Numbered from the stretch's first letter, positions 40,436 through 51,587 are shown. The stretch is 64,000 nt of DNA from Cyanobacteria bacterium P01_F01_bin.150 (GCA_039189765.1 JBCCYL010000003.1:96001-160000); one strand, 5' to 3'. Notes: generated by a model not told the origin, from the letters alone. Numbers and translations are program-made.

Positions 40436-41740
40436 TTATTCCCAATCAGATTGGAGCAAGCGACGTATGAGCTCCGTCACCTCCGTGGCCATCCGCGCAT
40501 CCAGTTCTACGGCTTCCTTGTCAAAGTCACCGTAGTCTTTAGCCGATAGCATCGTAAAGGCCATGCTATGCATCACTGATGGGTTGCCGCTGGAACAAGG
40601 GCGTTTATCCACCAGTTGCACCAGGGCTGTGTAAGCCAACTCGGCGCGATCGCGAATGCTAGTGCGGCCATAGCCCAGCTTTGAAATAATTACGGGCGAT
40701 CGAATAACTGAGGCTAATCCTAGCTGGGCGATCGCCTCATCAATATACCGAGCCGAATCACAGCCCATCGCTCGTACTACGCCTTCTAAACTGTTCCAAC
40801 TAACCCCTGGCAATTTTGCCCTAGCTGGCAAATGTAAATGCCATCCAATCATCGACACAAGCCGCGTCAAGTCATACACCGAAATTGTATTGTCGCTCCA
40901 TTTTGGCACTGGATTGCTACGGAGCAACACTTGATTAGTGGCAGGGTGCCAAAGTTCAGGCTGGTCAAAAAACGGTGGCTCTCCGTAGCGGCCCCGAAAT
41001 TCTAGTTGCTGATGTCCGGTAATCGACTTTAGCCAGTCTTCTAGCCCCTGTGGCGTCTCAAACAGCTTGAACATGGCGGCGATCGCATTGGATGTGCCAA
41101 TGGTCTCGTCATAACTCATAATGTCTTGAGCCAGCTTATAAAAAGAATAGCCTGTAGCCTCTCCCTGCTGACGAATCTGACAGTTATCCGTGTCAATGCC
41201 AGGAAATTGAGTGTTGGTCCGGGCAATCACATTTAGGATTGGCACCAGTTTTGTGGTGCTCCATAACTCGATTGGCTGCATGGCATTTCGTCCCAGCCAA
41301 TAGGTCTTTAGTTGATCTTTAGCGTCTTTTAAAGGGTCACTATTATCATCTGCTGCCTGCTGCCACTGGCTGATACAAACACAGGCTTGCTGAATATCAT
41401 TGTGTAAAAACGATAGACCAGATTCGTTAATCGTGGGTAATGTTCCCAGGGTTGGATAGGGCTGGGACGACCAAGAAATAGGAACAGAACCACTCACCAC
41501 ATCATTACCATTGGGTCGTTCCTTGAGACGATCGGCAAAGGTAATTAGCTGTTCGTAGTAAGGAGAATTGGCAACACCTTGGTCGAGGATAGCCAGGTTT
41601 TCCGCATTGCAATTTGCTTCGAGAGCTAAAAAACGCTGAAAATGCTGCTGACGCAAGTCTTTTGTCACTGCATCTTGGAGAATCACTGCATCGTTACTGG
41701 CCTGTTGCGCTTGTTCAGGCTTGGAATTTGACTTGACCAT
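40436..41740 (-). CDS. Hypothetical protein with serine beta-lactamase/PBP-like motifs
   Basis: 434-aa ORF with WSTTK (SxxK), TSN and SKLGYG (KTG-like) in the expected order. Confidence 0.6.
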   Translation of the reverse strand: MVKSNSKPEQAQQASNDAVILQDAVTKDLRQQHFQRFLALEANCNAENLAILDQGVANSPYYEQLITFADRLKERPNGNDVVSGSVPISWSSQPYPTLGTLPTINESGLSFLHNDIQQACVCISQWQQAADDNSDPLKDAKDQLKTYWLGRNAMQPIELWSTTKLVPILNVIARTNTQFPGIDTDNCQIRQQGEATGYSFYKLAQDIMSYDETIGTSNAIAAMFKLFETPQGLEDWLKSITGHQQLEFRGRYGEPPFFDQPELWHPATNQVLLRSNPVPKWSDNTISVYDLTRLVSMIGWHLHLPARAKLPGVSWNSLEGVVRAMGCDSARYIDEAIAQLGLASVIRSPVIISKLGYGRTSIRDRAELAYTALVQLVDKRPCSSGNPSVMHSMAFTMLSAKDYGDFDKEAVELDARMATEVTELIRRLLQSDWE

Positions 41741-41920
41741 ACTTAAACTCCATACTGCAACGGCCCAGGAATCACGCTACAATAGCTGCGGTCTATCTAC
41801 TTTACAGTCTTTAGTAGTCGCATTGGCGATCGCTTAAGCTTTGTTCCAATTTCGGATGTATACACATTGGGATGTATACACTGAGCTATTGCAATCACTG
41901 ACGTCGCAAGGAGAAAACGG

Positions 41921-42760
41921 TTGAAGAGCGCACAGCCACCAGGTATATCCCTCATCCTTTCAGGATTTTTCGCCTTTCTAGTTCTGGTTCTAGGACTTAA
42001 TTCTTTTGTGGTGATTAATCCTGGTCAAGCTGGGGTGATCAGCATTCTAGGAAAGGCACAGGAAGGTGCATTACTGGAAGGTATTCACTTTAAGCCGCCG
42101 TTGGTTTCCTTGGTGGATGTTTATGATGTTACGGTGCAAAAGTTTGAAGTGCCAGCGGAAAGCTTGACCCGTGACCTTCAAAGTCTTCAATCTAATTTCG
42201 CAATCAACTTCCGAATTGACCCAACTCGAGTTGTGGAAATTCGCCGTACTCAGGGCACCTTAAGAAACTTGGTGGCCAAGGTGATTGCACCCCAAACGCA
42301 AGAGGCATTTAAAATTGCCGCTGCCCTGCGTACCATTGAAGAGTCTATTACCAAGCGGACTGAACTTAAGCAAGATTTTGACCAAGCGTTAACGGAACGC
42401 CTACAGCGCTATGGCGTTATTGTGCTGGATACAAGCATCATTGATTTGAATTTCTCCCTTGAGTTTGCCCAGTCCGTTGAAGAGAAACAGATTGCTGAAC
42501 AGCGCGCCCGTCAAGCGGTCTATGTTGCGCAAGAAGCGGACCAGAATGCTCAAGCTGAGATCAATCGAGCCAAAGGTAAAGCTGAGGCCCAGAGATTGTT
42601 AGCAGAGACCCTTAAGGCTCAAGGCGGCAGGCTGGTATTACAGAAAGAAGCTATTGAAGCATGGCAGGAAGGTGGCGCTCAAATGCCTGAGGTCCTTGTA
42701 ATGTCCGGTGACTCTGGAGAAGTGCCCTTTCTATTTAACTCCGCAGCTAAAGCCAATTAA
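41921..42760 (+). CDS. SPFH/prohibitin (Band 7) family protein
   Basis: N-terminal TM, EGIHFKPP, FAQSVEEKQIAEQ, AKGKAEAQRL; TTG start after AGGAG. Confidence 0.93.
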   Translation: MKSAQPPGISLILSGFFAFLVLVLGLNSFVVINPGQAGVISILGKAQEGALLEGIHFKPPLVSLVDVYDVTVQKFEVPAESLTRDLQSLQSNFAINFRIDPTRVVEIRRTQGTLRNLVAKVIAPQTQEAFKIAAALRTIEESITKRTELKQDFDQALTERLQRYGVIVLDTSIIDLNFSLEFAQSVEEKQIAEQRARQAVYVAQEADQNAQAEINRAKGKAEAQRLLAETLKAQGGRLVLQKEAIEAWQEGGAQMPEVLVMSGDSGEVPFLFNSAAKAN

Positions 42761-42829
42761 TAAGAGCTTAGGTGGCGCTGTATATTTATGGTGCAAGCTA
42801 GGTTTTATAGGTTTTAGGAGACTTCAAGC

Positions 42830-43411
42830 ATGGAACGCCCATTTGTTGTTATATATCTGCTGGGCGTTTGCATTGCTGGAGGTATCCGCGTTACCCAAAG
42901 TCGCAAGCATCGTCGTTCTCCCAAACCCCCCATTCCAACGAAGGAATTTTGGTTAATGCTGTTTTGGTTTTTGGCCTCACAGCTCTTGCCTGCTATATTT
43001 GGATTCCACTCTATTCTGTCTTTTGCTAATTATCCGTTACCAATTTCGATTTCGGTCATTGGTATTGGCGTCATGGCGATCGCCCTCTGGCTGTTGCGCC
43101 AGTCTCACCTTGATTTGAATCGAAACTGGTCGCCAATCGCAGAAATCCAACCCAATCAAGTCCTTATTACCCATGGAATTTATCGATACATTCGTCATCC
43201 AATGTATGGTTCCCATCTGCTCTGGGGCGTAGCGCAAGGCCTGCTCATTCCAAATTGGCTGGTGGGCTGGGCTGGACTGCTGGCATCTGCAATGTTTTGT
43301 GGAGTTCGGATTCCGAAAGAGGAAGCATTAATGCAAAAGTACTTTGGTAATGCTTACATGGACTACCGAAAGAAGGTAGGGGCAATCGTGCCTAAATTAT
43401 TTAGCATCTGA
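42830..43411 (+). CDS. Isoprenylcysteine carboxyl methyltransferase (ICMT/Ste14) family membrane protein
   Basis: LITHGIYRYIRHPMY, RIPKEE, FGNAYMDY. Confidence 0.9.
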   Translation: MERPFVVIYLLGVCIAGGIRVTQSRKHRRSPKPPIPTKEFWLMLFWFLASQLLPAIFGFHSILSFANYPLPISISVIGIGVMAIALWLLRQSHLDLNRNWSPIAEIQPNQVLITHGIYRYIRHPMYGSHLLWGVAQGLLIPNWLVGWAGLLASAMFCGVRIPKEEALMQKYFGNAYMDYRKKVGAIVPKLFSI

Positions 43412-43609
43412 AATTTCACGAAAATTGACGTCGTGATTTGTTTCTCCTTTCTTTGTTCTTAAAAGATTCAACGATTACTCCATTACGTTCCAGGTGCAAG
43501 AGTCCCCTCAGAGGGCATAGGCAAATGTACGATGTTCTTTTCATAATGGAGTAATTAACGACTTTTCCAGCCCCATTAATCTGCTTATTAATCCGTGAGG
43601 TTATACGTT

Positions 43610-46528
43610 ATGCTTGCCCGTCCCTCGATCTTTGCCCAATTTCCCCAACTGTTGGTAACGTTGGCGGAAGCGTGTAGAGAAAACCTCGCGGATACGGTTT
43701 TTGCAGCGAAGAGGAGCCGTCGTGAAAGGAAAGCTGCAAAGCGTCGTGCCAGAGAGGCCAAAGCAGCAACCGAATCATCTAAAACCACTCCAGCTTCCAC
43801 TCCAGCGGATCCAAAGGGATCTAAGCCGCCAGAACCAGAGAAGAAGAAAGAGAAGTCTACACCATCTGATGCTGAACCAGATTCTATATCCTCAGAATCC
43901 CTCGCATCTGAGCCTTCCAAGTCCGAGCCTGGGCAGTCAAAGCCCACTGCATCTGAGAAGCCTAAGCCCGAGCCTGAGGCGGCAAAGTCTATTGAGTCTG
44001 AGGAACCCGAGCCTGAAGCTGAGGCGGCAGAACCCGCTGCGCCTGAGGAGCCTAAGCCCGTGTCTGAGGTAGCAGAACCCACTGTTGCTGACGAGTCCGA
44101 ACCTGAGGTGGCAGAGCCTATTGCATCTGACGAGCTTGAAGCTGAAGCGGAGAAACCCTCTGAGTCTGAGGAACCCGAACCTGAGGCGGCAGAGCCTATT
44201 GTATCTGAGGAGCCTGGGCCTGAGGAGGAGAAACCCTCTGAGTCTGAGGAACCCGCCGAACCCGAATCTGAGGCGGCAGAGTCCACTGTTGCTGAGGAAC
44301 CCGAGCCCGAACCTGAGGCAATAGAGCCCACTGCGTCTGAAGAACCCGAACCTGAGGCAGCAGAACCCAGTGCATTTACATCATCTAAAGTGGTTCCCGA
44401 ATCAGCTCCCGTTCTTTCGGAACCCAATATATCCGCGCCATCGGAAACTGAGTCCGTCCCAGAACCCGCTCCCGCAGTCTCTGATGAGTCGATTCCTTCC
44501 GTAACTATTCCTGGTAACGTTCCTACGCCCTCAGAATCCAGTGCGCCTACGCCGCCAGAGCCCGAAAATGAGACAGCTCCCACATTTACAGAATCCCCTA
44601 TTGGGTCGGCACCCCCCGAACCCGATGTGCTTTCCACCGTCGAACCAGAAGCAGAGACACGAAGAACATTTACACCCAAACCACACATTGTTGATTCTTC
44701 AGTTACTTACTCTACCTTGGCGTCAGCATCGTCTTACAATTCAGACAATCCCCCCGGTTTGTATGATCCTGCACAGATCGATACGGAGCGCTTTAATACG
44801 TTGTTAGGCGATGCTCACATCCTTGGGTGGGTGGGGAAACCGATTGCGGACATTAATGATTTGTTTGTAAAGCATGTGGTGCTATCGGATAGCGTGGCAG
44901 AAGCTATTGCCACTTTCCAAACCCCTGGTTTCATCGGCATACATGATTTGGACCTGGTAACCGCTCCATCTGGACAATTGGTATCTGGCCATAACCATCT
45001 TGCTCAGATTCTAGAACGAGATGGGTTACTGCTTTGCACCTTTCAATGGGACAAAGAGCGCTACGGTGAGATCTATGATACGCGGCGTCCCATTGCTGAA
45101 GAGCAGTTCAAAGAAGGGTTTATTAAAGGAGAGGCACATCATGTCGGAGCCTTAGTTCCCGCTCAGCGTCTGGGTTCCGATGGCCAAATTGTGCAGTCTT
45201 TTGCGGCCCATAATGAACCCGGAAATTACCATAACGGCATGTATGGCGATGAGGGATTTGTCACCCTCGCTCAGCGGCTGGTATTTCCCGATTTTCTAAC
45301 GAGGGAGCAGGCAAGAGGCTACACCGACAGTATTATTTGCTGGATGGGCTTTTTAAATCCCTTTGTCAAATTTCCCGAGAACTATAATGGAGGAGATCCG
45401 ACTAAGGTACTGGATTCTCAAAGCTTACGCACATTTTTGAAAACGGGGTTATTGGCCGCCTTGGGCGATCGCGATGCTATTGCATTTTTGAATGATCCGC
45501 TGAATATGACCTATTGTGCTGAGTATATGTACATCACAGTAAACTCGGTGCTGTTTCCCTTTAACCGTATTGGCCTGATGGATTTATTGGAAAATGAAGC
45601 CCAGGTCGCCCGTATTCTCAAAATACAAACTCAGCATAATCGACGTCAGCCGACTATTTTGACCCAAGCAGGCGATGATGCATTCGAAGCTGTCCTCAAT
45701 CGTACGCCCAGCAATCCTCAATTTGATGCATTCAACATTGCACTACCTGTGGTGCCTGAAGATTTACCGTCTTTAGCTCAGATGATGACAGATCATGGCC
45801 ATGCCCCAGAACCCAATAGCTTACCATTTCCCTGTTTCACCATTTCTCAAATACTTCGACGGGCATTTCGAGTATTGCTACCTCGCCATAAAACCCAGCA
45901 TCCCAAAGAAATGGCTGCGGCTCAAGAGCGCATGTTTCAGTATGTGGGCATTGCCCTAGGGCAACAGCTAGGGCTAGATTCTGGTCCGGAGGCCCAAGCC
46001 AGTGATCCGGCCCTATTACGGGACAAACGACAGATGGTTCAGAAATTTATGGCGATCGTTAGCCAAGTGCTAGGACAAACTTTTGACAGAGATGAAGCCT
46101 TTGACGCTGCCATTGATCGGCTTATGACTCAGGCCGATTCTCTGTTGGTGGGAGCAGGCGATCGCACTCGTTTTGTTCCCCCAAGGATCTATGCTGATTT
46201 AGGTCAGCAAGATGGAGATCGCAACATGCCCCAAGGATGGGGATTTAAACTAGAGACCGTGGGTGCAACCATTTCTCGCAGAGTGGTAGGAGATTTAAAC
46301 CAGCGTATTCCCATTGAATGGCGCAACATCAAACTAGAAACCCCATTTATGCAGGGTGATGATGTCAAGCTATTGCAGGGAGCAATGATTCGGGCAGGGG
46401 TTTCGGTGGACGCAGACGGGTTCTTTGGACCAGCATCTGAAGCCGCCGTTAAATCCTATCAGTCGGCTTATCAGCTTCCTGTTACCGGTGTCATTGATAC
46501 ACAAACTCGTCAATTCTTACTGAAATGA
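43610..46528 (+). CDS. Large protein: Glu/Pro-rich repeat stalk + unknown globular domain + C-terminal peptidoglycan-binding domain
   Basis: EPEPEAAEP repeats at about 43900-44400; C-terminal GDDVKLLQ...DGFFGPASEAAVKSYQ...LPVTGVID (PG_binding_1). Confidence 0.82.
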   Translation: MLARPSIFAQFPQLLVTLAEACRENLADTVFAAKRSRRERKAAKRRAREAKAATESSKTTPASTPADPKGSKPPEPEKKKEKSTPSDAEPDSISSESLASEPSKSEPGQSKPTASEKPKPEPEAAKSIESEEPEPEAEAAEPAAPEEPKPVSEVAEPTVADESEPEVAEPIASDELEAEAEKPSESEEPEPEAAEPIVSEEPGPEEEKPSESEEPAEPESEAAESTVAEEPEPEPEAIEPTASEEPEPEAAEPSAFTSSKVVPESAPVLSEPNISAPSETESVPEPAPAVSDESIPSVTIPGNVPTPSESSAPTPPEPENETAPTFTESPIGSAPPEPDVLSTVEPEAETRRTFTPKPHIVDSSVTYSTLASASSYNSDNPPGLYDPAQIDTERFNTLLGDAHILGWVGKPIADINDLFVKHVVLSDSVAEAIATFQTPGFIGIHDLDLVTAPSGQLVSGHNHLAQILERDGLLLCTFQWDKERYGEIYDTRRPIAEEQFKEGFIKGEAHHVGALVPAQRLGSDGQIVQSFAAHNEPGNYHNGMYGDEGFVTLAQRLVFPDFLTREQARGYTDSIICWMGFLNPFVKFPENYNGGDPTKVLDSQSLRTFLKTGLLAALGDRDAIAFLNDPLNMTYCAEYMYITVNSVLFPFNRIGLMDLLENEAQVARILKIQTQHNRRQPTILTQAGDDAFEAVLNRTPSNPQFDAFNIALPVVPEDLPSLAQMMTDHGHAPEPNSLPFPCFTISQILRRAFRVLLPRHKTQHPKEMAAAQERMFQYVGIALGQQLGLDSGPEAQASDPALLRDKRQMVQKFMAIVSQVLGQTFDRDEAFDAAIDRLMTQADSLLVGAGDRTRFVPPRIYADLGQQDGDRNMPQGWGFKLETVGATISRRVVGDLNQRIPIEWRNIKLETPFMQGDDVKLLQGAMIRAGVSVDADGFFGPASEAAVKSYQSAYQLPVTGVIDTQTRQFLLK

Positions 46529-46593
46529 GTGTGAGTCTCTTCATCTTTCTGTGAACACTAGAGGTGTCCCAGGCAACAAAGGTATACACATCA

Positions 46594-49503
46594 ATGAATC
46601 AGGCATGGTTTCATATACGGAGATGGTGGACCCAACATCGTCTAACCAAGGGAACTAGCCCAGATTGGGAAAGTGTTGTGAGATGGCGACTGCTGCCCGG
46701 GGCAATGGCTTCAGGGATCACGGCGATCGCCATTGTTAGCGGCATTTTAAATCCCTTAGAGAGACTGGCCCACATTGCGTTGTTTCAAATTCGAGGGTCT
46801 GTACCTTGGCATCAAGATATTGTAGTAGTTGAAGTTGATGAACCCAGTCTTAATGCGTTGGACCACTTTCCACTGTCTCGACGTCACTACGCCACCCTTT
46901 TAGAAAAAATCACCCCAGCTAATCCAACAGTAGTTGTGTTCGATATTCTTTTTATTGAACCCAGCGATGATGATGATATCTTAGCCCGAACCATGATTCA
47001 TCAAGGAAACGTAATCTTGGCAGAAGCATGGGATATAGACATGAATCGGTTGCGCCCCACCTCTACCCTTAACGACGCAGCCATTATGACGGGGCATATT
47101 CTGCGAGATGATGACTCTGATGGCATCAATCGCAAGGTCCGGACAGTTGCTGGGGCTCGGCCATCCTTGGGTTTAGCCAGCTTTAATGTCCATCAGTGGG
47201 CACAAGGAACTCTTAGGCAATCTGCACATCCACCAGTTTCATTATGGATTAACTGGCCTGGCCCTGTACAAGAAGCTCCCCACTATTCGTTTACAGAGGT
47301 CATTCAGGGAAAAATTCCCACCGATGCATTCCAAAACAAAATTGTCCTAGTTGGGGTGACCGCTATCGGCCAAGATCCCTTAAAGACCCCCTATGATTGG
47401 AAACCTCCAACAGCGGGGGTCTATTTTCATGCTGCCGTATTGAATACTCTATTGCAAGACAATGGGTTACAGCTAATTGGTCATTCGAGATGGTTTATTG
47501 CCGCCTTTCTCTTTGTCGGTGGACCCAGCCTAAGTTGGCTGCTCGTGGGATGGGGACGAGGTCAACAATTTTTGGCTAGCCTTGGATTAGCAGTGGCCTG
47601 GTGTTTGCTAAGCATTGGTTTATTCCATGGTCATTACTGGATCTCCACAGTGACCCCAATGGTCTTATGTGGCTTAACTGGAGGATTCGTGACAGCGAGT
47701 GAGCAGTGGCGCACCTACTTAAAACTGCGTGACAGTGAAGAACGCTATGATTTGGCAGTCACTGGCACTAACGAAGGAATTTGGGATTGGCATGTAAAAA
47801 ACAATACTCTATATGTTTCTCCTCGGTGGAAATCCATGGTAGGGTCTGGTGCTCAGCTATCCTTGCCCACATCTATCCCAACCAATCAGCCACCACAACG
47901 GCTCAGTTCAACAGAGCAGTACCAAAGTATGAACGATTGGCTTAATCATGTTCATCCCGATGATCTGGAGATGTTTCAATTGGCTCTTACGCGCCATTTA
48001 AATGGAAAAACCCCTTTTTTAGAGCAAGAGTACCGATTGATACATCACGATGGCTCAATTCGCTGGATGCTGATTCGAGGTATTTTGGCCCGTGATCGCC
48101 ACGGTGCACCTCTACGGATGGCAGGGTCCCAAACCGACATTACTCGGCGTAAAGTGGCTGAGGCCCAGCTCGTTCAACAGGCATTTTACGATCCATTAAC
48201 AAATCTGCCCAATCGGACGCTATTTTTAAAGCGATTGGAAGACGTAATCGCCGATCGTCAGTCCTCTAATAATCAGCCCTCCAATAAATGGATTAGCGTA
48301 TTTTTGATCGATATCGATCGGTTTCAACTGATTAACAATAGCCTGGGTAACCAATGGGGCGATCGCCTTCTGATTGCTTTAGCCAATCGTTTCCAAGACT
48401 ACTTGGAGGAAGGCGATTTAATTGCCCGTCTTGGCGGTGATGAATACGCTATTTTATCCATCCGGTTTAATCAACAGTCAGCCCAAGCCTTTGCCCAAGA
48501 TCTCCAAGATAGCCTTTCCGCGCCTTTTCTAATCAATCACCGTGACGTATTTGTATCCATGAGCATAGGAATTGTGGTCAACTCTCGTCACTACAACCAG
48601 CCAGAACATTGGCTTCGGGATGCAGATACGGCTCTATCCAATGCCAAAGCGCTTGGTAAAAGCTGCTGTAAAGTCTTTCAAAATAAAATGCGTACTGTCT
48701 TACTGAAGCGATTGGACTTGGAAAATGATTTACGACGCGTTCTTCTCCAGCCTGAATGTCCTGGTCTTTTGCTTAACTACCAACCGATTGTTTACCTGAA
48801 AACACGAGAGATTCGTAGCTTTGAAGCATTGGTTCGATGGCAACATGCTGATCATGGTCTTATTCCACCGGGACAATTTATTCCGATGGCGGAGGAAACA
48901 GGCTTGATTGTCCCCTTGGGAGAATGGGTGTTAAGAACCTCTTGTGCTCAAATGAAACAGTGGACAACGAAGTTTTTCCAAAAGTCTTTCTTTACCATGA
49001 GCGTTAACTTAGCTAGTAAACAATGTGCATTGCCAGATTTCCCAGAATTGGTGCAGGAAATTTTAGATACGACCCAACTTGCCGCATCGTATCTCAAACT
49101 GGAATTAACAGAAAGCGCCATCATGGACAATGCAGCTTCATTGATTGACATGCTCCATCGCTTGCGCAGTATGGGCGTACAATTAGCCATTGATGATTTT
49201 GGTACGGGCTATTCCTCATTAAGCTATTTGCGTCGCTTTCCTGTCCATAATCTTAAAATCGATCAGTCTTTCGTGAGCAATATGGAAAATGAGGCGGATA
49301 GCGTCAAAATTATTCAAACTATTGTGGATTTAGCCCATAGCTTGGGCCTTGATGTCACCGCAGAGGGGTTAGAGACCTTAGAACATTCATCCCAGCTCAA
49401 AAGTTTGCAGTGCGAATATGGACAAGGCTATTTTTTCTCCAAACCCGTTGATGCAGCAACAGCAACTCAGCTCTTAGAAGCAGAAGCTTGTCGTGTCGCT
49501 TAG
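46594..49503 (+). CDS. CHASE2-PAS-GGDEF-EAL c-di-GMP signalling protein
   Basis: DIVVVEVDE...FDILF...KIVLVG (CHASE2), 3 TMs, GIWDW/VHPDD (PAS), DPLTNLPNR, GGDEY, FEALVRW, DDFGTGYSSL. Confidence 0.95.
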   Translation: MNQAWFHIRRWWTQHRLTKGTSPDWESVVRWRLLPGAMASGITAIAIVSGILNPLERLAHIALFQIRGSVPWHQDIVVVEVDEPSLNALDHFPLSRRHYATLLEKITPANPTVVVFDILFIEPSDDDDILARTMIHQGNVILAEAWDIDMNRLRPTSTLNDAAIMTGHILRDDDSDGINRKVRTVAGARPSLGLASFNVHQWAQGTLRQSAHPPVSLWINWPGPVQEAPHYSFTEVIQGKIPTDAFQNKIVLVGVTAIGQDPLKTPYDWKPPTAGVYFHAAVLNTLLQDNGLQLIGHSRWFIAAFLFVGGPSLSWLLVGWGRGQQFLASLGLAVAWCLLSIGLFHGHYWISTVTPMVLCGLTGGFVTASEQWRTYLKLRDSEERYDLAVTGTNEGIWDWHVKNNTLYVSPRWKSMVGSGAQLSLPTSIPTNQPPQRLSSTEQYQSMNDWLNHVHPDDLEMFQLALTRHLNGKTPFLEQEYRLIHHDGSIRWMLIRGILARDRHGAPLRMAGSQTDITRRKVAEAQLVQQAFYDPLTNLPNRTLFLKRLEDVIADRQSSNNQPSNKWISVFLIDIDRFQLINNSLGNQWGDRLLIALANRFQDYLEEGDLIARLGGDEYAILSIRFNQQSAQAFAQDLQDSLSAPFLINHRDVFVSMSIGIVVNSRHYNQPEHWLRDADTALSNAKALGKSCCKVFQNKMRTVLLKRLDLENDLRRVLLQPECPGLLLNYQPIVYLKTREIRSFEALVRWQHADHGLIPPGQFIPMAEETGLIVPLGEWVLRTSCAQMKQWTTKFFQKSFFTMSVNLASKQCALPDFPELVQEILDTTQLAASYLKLELTESAIMDNAASLIDMLHRLRSMGVQLAIDDFGTGYSSLSYLRRFPVHNLKIDQSFVSNMENEADSVKIIQTIVDLAHSLGLDVTAEGLETLEHSSQLKSLQCEYGQGYFFSKPVDAATATQLLEAEACRVA

Positions 49504-49580
49504 CATCAAAGCTCGTGTCTTTTGTAATGTCAGGGTTTTGGCTTCGTTGTAAGACAAAACAACATTAGCCATCGTGTATG

Positions 49581-49624
49581 ATTTTCAGAGGCTTGTGAAT
49601 TTTCAGAGGCTTGTGAATTTTCAG
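49581..49624 (+). repeat. 18-bp tandem duplication just upstream of an RBS
   Basis: attttcagaggcttgtga twice plus attttcag. Confidence 0.85.
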
Positions 49625-49641
49625 GAGGAGTGAGGCGTAGT

Positions 49642-50361
49642 ATGACTGATTGGGTGAGGGTAATTGTCAAAACCCCGTTTATTCAAAAATTAGAAAGTTT
49701 AGTGCCTAAATATTCGTTGGTAGGAGAATCAACCTTCTTTACAACGGAGCAGTTTCCTTGGTCAAACGATCTGGAAGCCAACTGGACCGTCATCCAACAA
49801 GAGCTGGAGCAGGTGTTTGAACATGTCAACGAACTGCCAAGCTTTCAGGACATTATGCCGCGCCAAAAGCGCATCAGCCCTGATAGCGGCTGGAAAACTT
49901 ACTATTTTTGCGCCTTTGGATTTATTGCTCAGAAGAATTGCGATCGCTGCCCTGAAACATGGAAACTGATCCAAAATATTCCAGGTCTAAAGGTCGCTTT
50001 TTTTTAGATTCTTAGTCCAGGTAAACATATTCCGCTTCATACTGGTAAGCATAAGGGGTTAATCCGCTATCATCTTGGGCTAAAGGTCCCTGAGCCAAAA
50101 GAACAATGCCGCATTGAAGTTGGGGGCGAAATTGCCCATTGGGAAAACGGTAAAAGTCTTATTTTTGACGACACCTACCCCCATCAAGTTTGGAATGATA
50201 CGGATGGGTATCGAGCGATTCTCTTTTTGGATATTGCTCGACCCATGCGCTTTCCCATGTCACTCGTCAATTGGATTGTGTCTCAAATCCTTGCCTTCTC
50301 TCCCCTAGCGCAAGAGGCCAAAGCGAACTATCGCAATTGGGAGAAGCGGTTCGAACCTTAG
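49642..50361 (+). pseudogene. Aspartyl/asparaginyl beta-hydroxylase family gene interrupted by one in-frame TAG
   Basis: LEANW...CPETW...AFF*ILSPGKHIPLH...RYHLGL...W..GKSLIFDDTYPHQVWN...RAILFLD. The same frame continues after TAG 50005-50007 to TAG 50359-50361. Confidence 0.9.
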
Positions 50362-50498
50362 GAAAAGTGTACAGAACCCAAAATCTATAGGAAGAGTCAG
50401 CATAGGAAGGCGATCGCTCTCTATGCTAAGTGACGAACACCCTGTAAATGCTGAACTATCACTATCACTCATCACAATTAAGCCATAAGTCAACATCA

Positions 50499-51560
50499 AT
50501 GGATTTATCAACGTATAACTGGTCTGCCCTGCTCCAACAGCTATTAGACAAAGAATCTCTTAGCAATGAACAAGCCTCAATCCTTATGCAGGGATGGCTT
50601 GCAGAAGCCGTTCCTCCAGTACTATCTGGAGCCATTCTGGCCGCCATTCAAGCCAAGGGCGTGTCGTCAGTGGAACTGGCAGGTATGGCAACGGTGCTGC
50701 AAGGACAGTCGCGGGGCGATGCATTAGATATGGAAACACCATCTTCGCCGCTTATTGACACCTGCGGCACAGGAGGAGATGGGGCGTCCACTTTTAATAT
50801 TTCCACCACCGTTGCCTTTGTGGCGGCAGCGGCGGGTATTTCTGTAGCCAAGCATGGCAATCGTGCTGCATCCAGCAAAGTTGGCTCAGCGGATGTCCTG
50901 GAAGCCCTGGGGATTAATCTGCAAGCCCCCATTGAGACCGTTCGAGCAGCGTTGGAGCAAGTAGGAATTACCTTTTTATTTGCCCCTGGTTGGCACCCAG
51001 CGATGAAATCCGTCGTTCCTATTCGTAAAATCCTGAAGGTGCGGACAGTCTTTAACCTATTAGGTCCATTGGTGAATCCAATGCCCATTACAGGTCAAGT
51101 TATCGGAGTCTTTGATTCTAATCTTGTTGAAATTTTAGCGGGGGCGTTACAACAACTGGGGCGATCCCAAGCAATTGTGCTTCACGGCCGAGAGAAATTA
51201 GATGAAGCAGGCTTAGCGGATAAGACAGACCTTGCGATTCTTGCCAATGGCCAAGTGCAGCCCTTTATCCTCGATCCTTCAGCCCTGGGCATTACCAATG
51301 CTCCCACCTTGGCATTAAAAGGAGGAGATGTTCCCGATAATGTTGAAATTTTATCCGCTGTTCTTCAAGGGAAAGGAACACAGGCCCAGCAGGATGTGGT
51401 GGCACTTAATGCGGCCTTAGCGCTTACCGTCGGCCAAGCAGTTCAAGGGGATGATGTTTTAACCACCTACGCCCAAGGTGTGGCCAAAGCCCGAGAGATT
51501 CTCCAAAGCGGGGCGGCATGGGATAAGCTTCAGGAGCTTGCAGCCTTTTTTAAGGAGTAA
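50499..51560 (+). CDS. trpD: Anthranilate phosphoribosyltransferase
   Basis: [45 protein letters not shown]. Confidence 0.97.
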   Translation: MDLSTYNWSALLQQLLDKESLSNEQASILMQGWLAEAVPPVLSGAILAAIQAKGVSSVELAGMATVLQGQSRGDALDMETPSSPLIDTCGTGGDGASTFNISTTVAFVAAAAGISVAKHGNRAASSKVGSADVLEALGINLQAPIETVRAALEQVGITFLFAPGWHPAMKSVVPIRKILKVRTVFNLLGPLVNPMPITGQVIGVFDSNLVEILAGALQQLGRSQAIVLHGREKLDEAGLADKTDLAILANGQVQPFILDPSALGITNAPTLALKGGDVPDNVEILSAVLQGKGTQAQQDVVALNAALALTVGQAVQGDDVLTTYAQGVAKAREILQSGAAWDKLQELAAFFKE

Positions 51561-51587
51561 GAAATTTTGAGCTTCCATTGCAAAACA

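Noticed and set aside
43588..44688. 366-aa Ser/Gly-rich minus-strand ORF
   Set aside because: Antisense mirror of the Glu/Pro repeat region.
50005..50007. Programmed recoding (pyrrolysine) at the TAG
   Set aside because: No pyl genes are visible, and a single C>A change from a conserved Ser codon explains it more simply.
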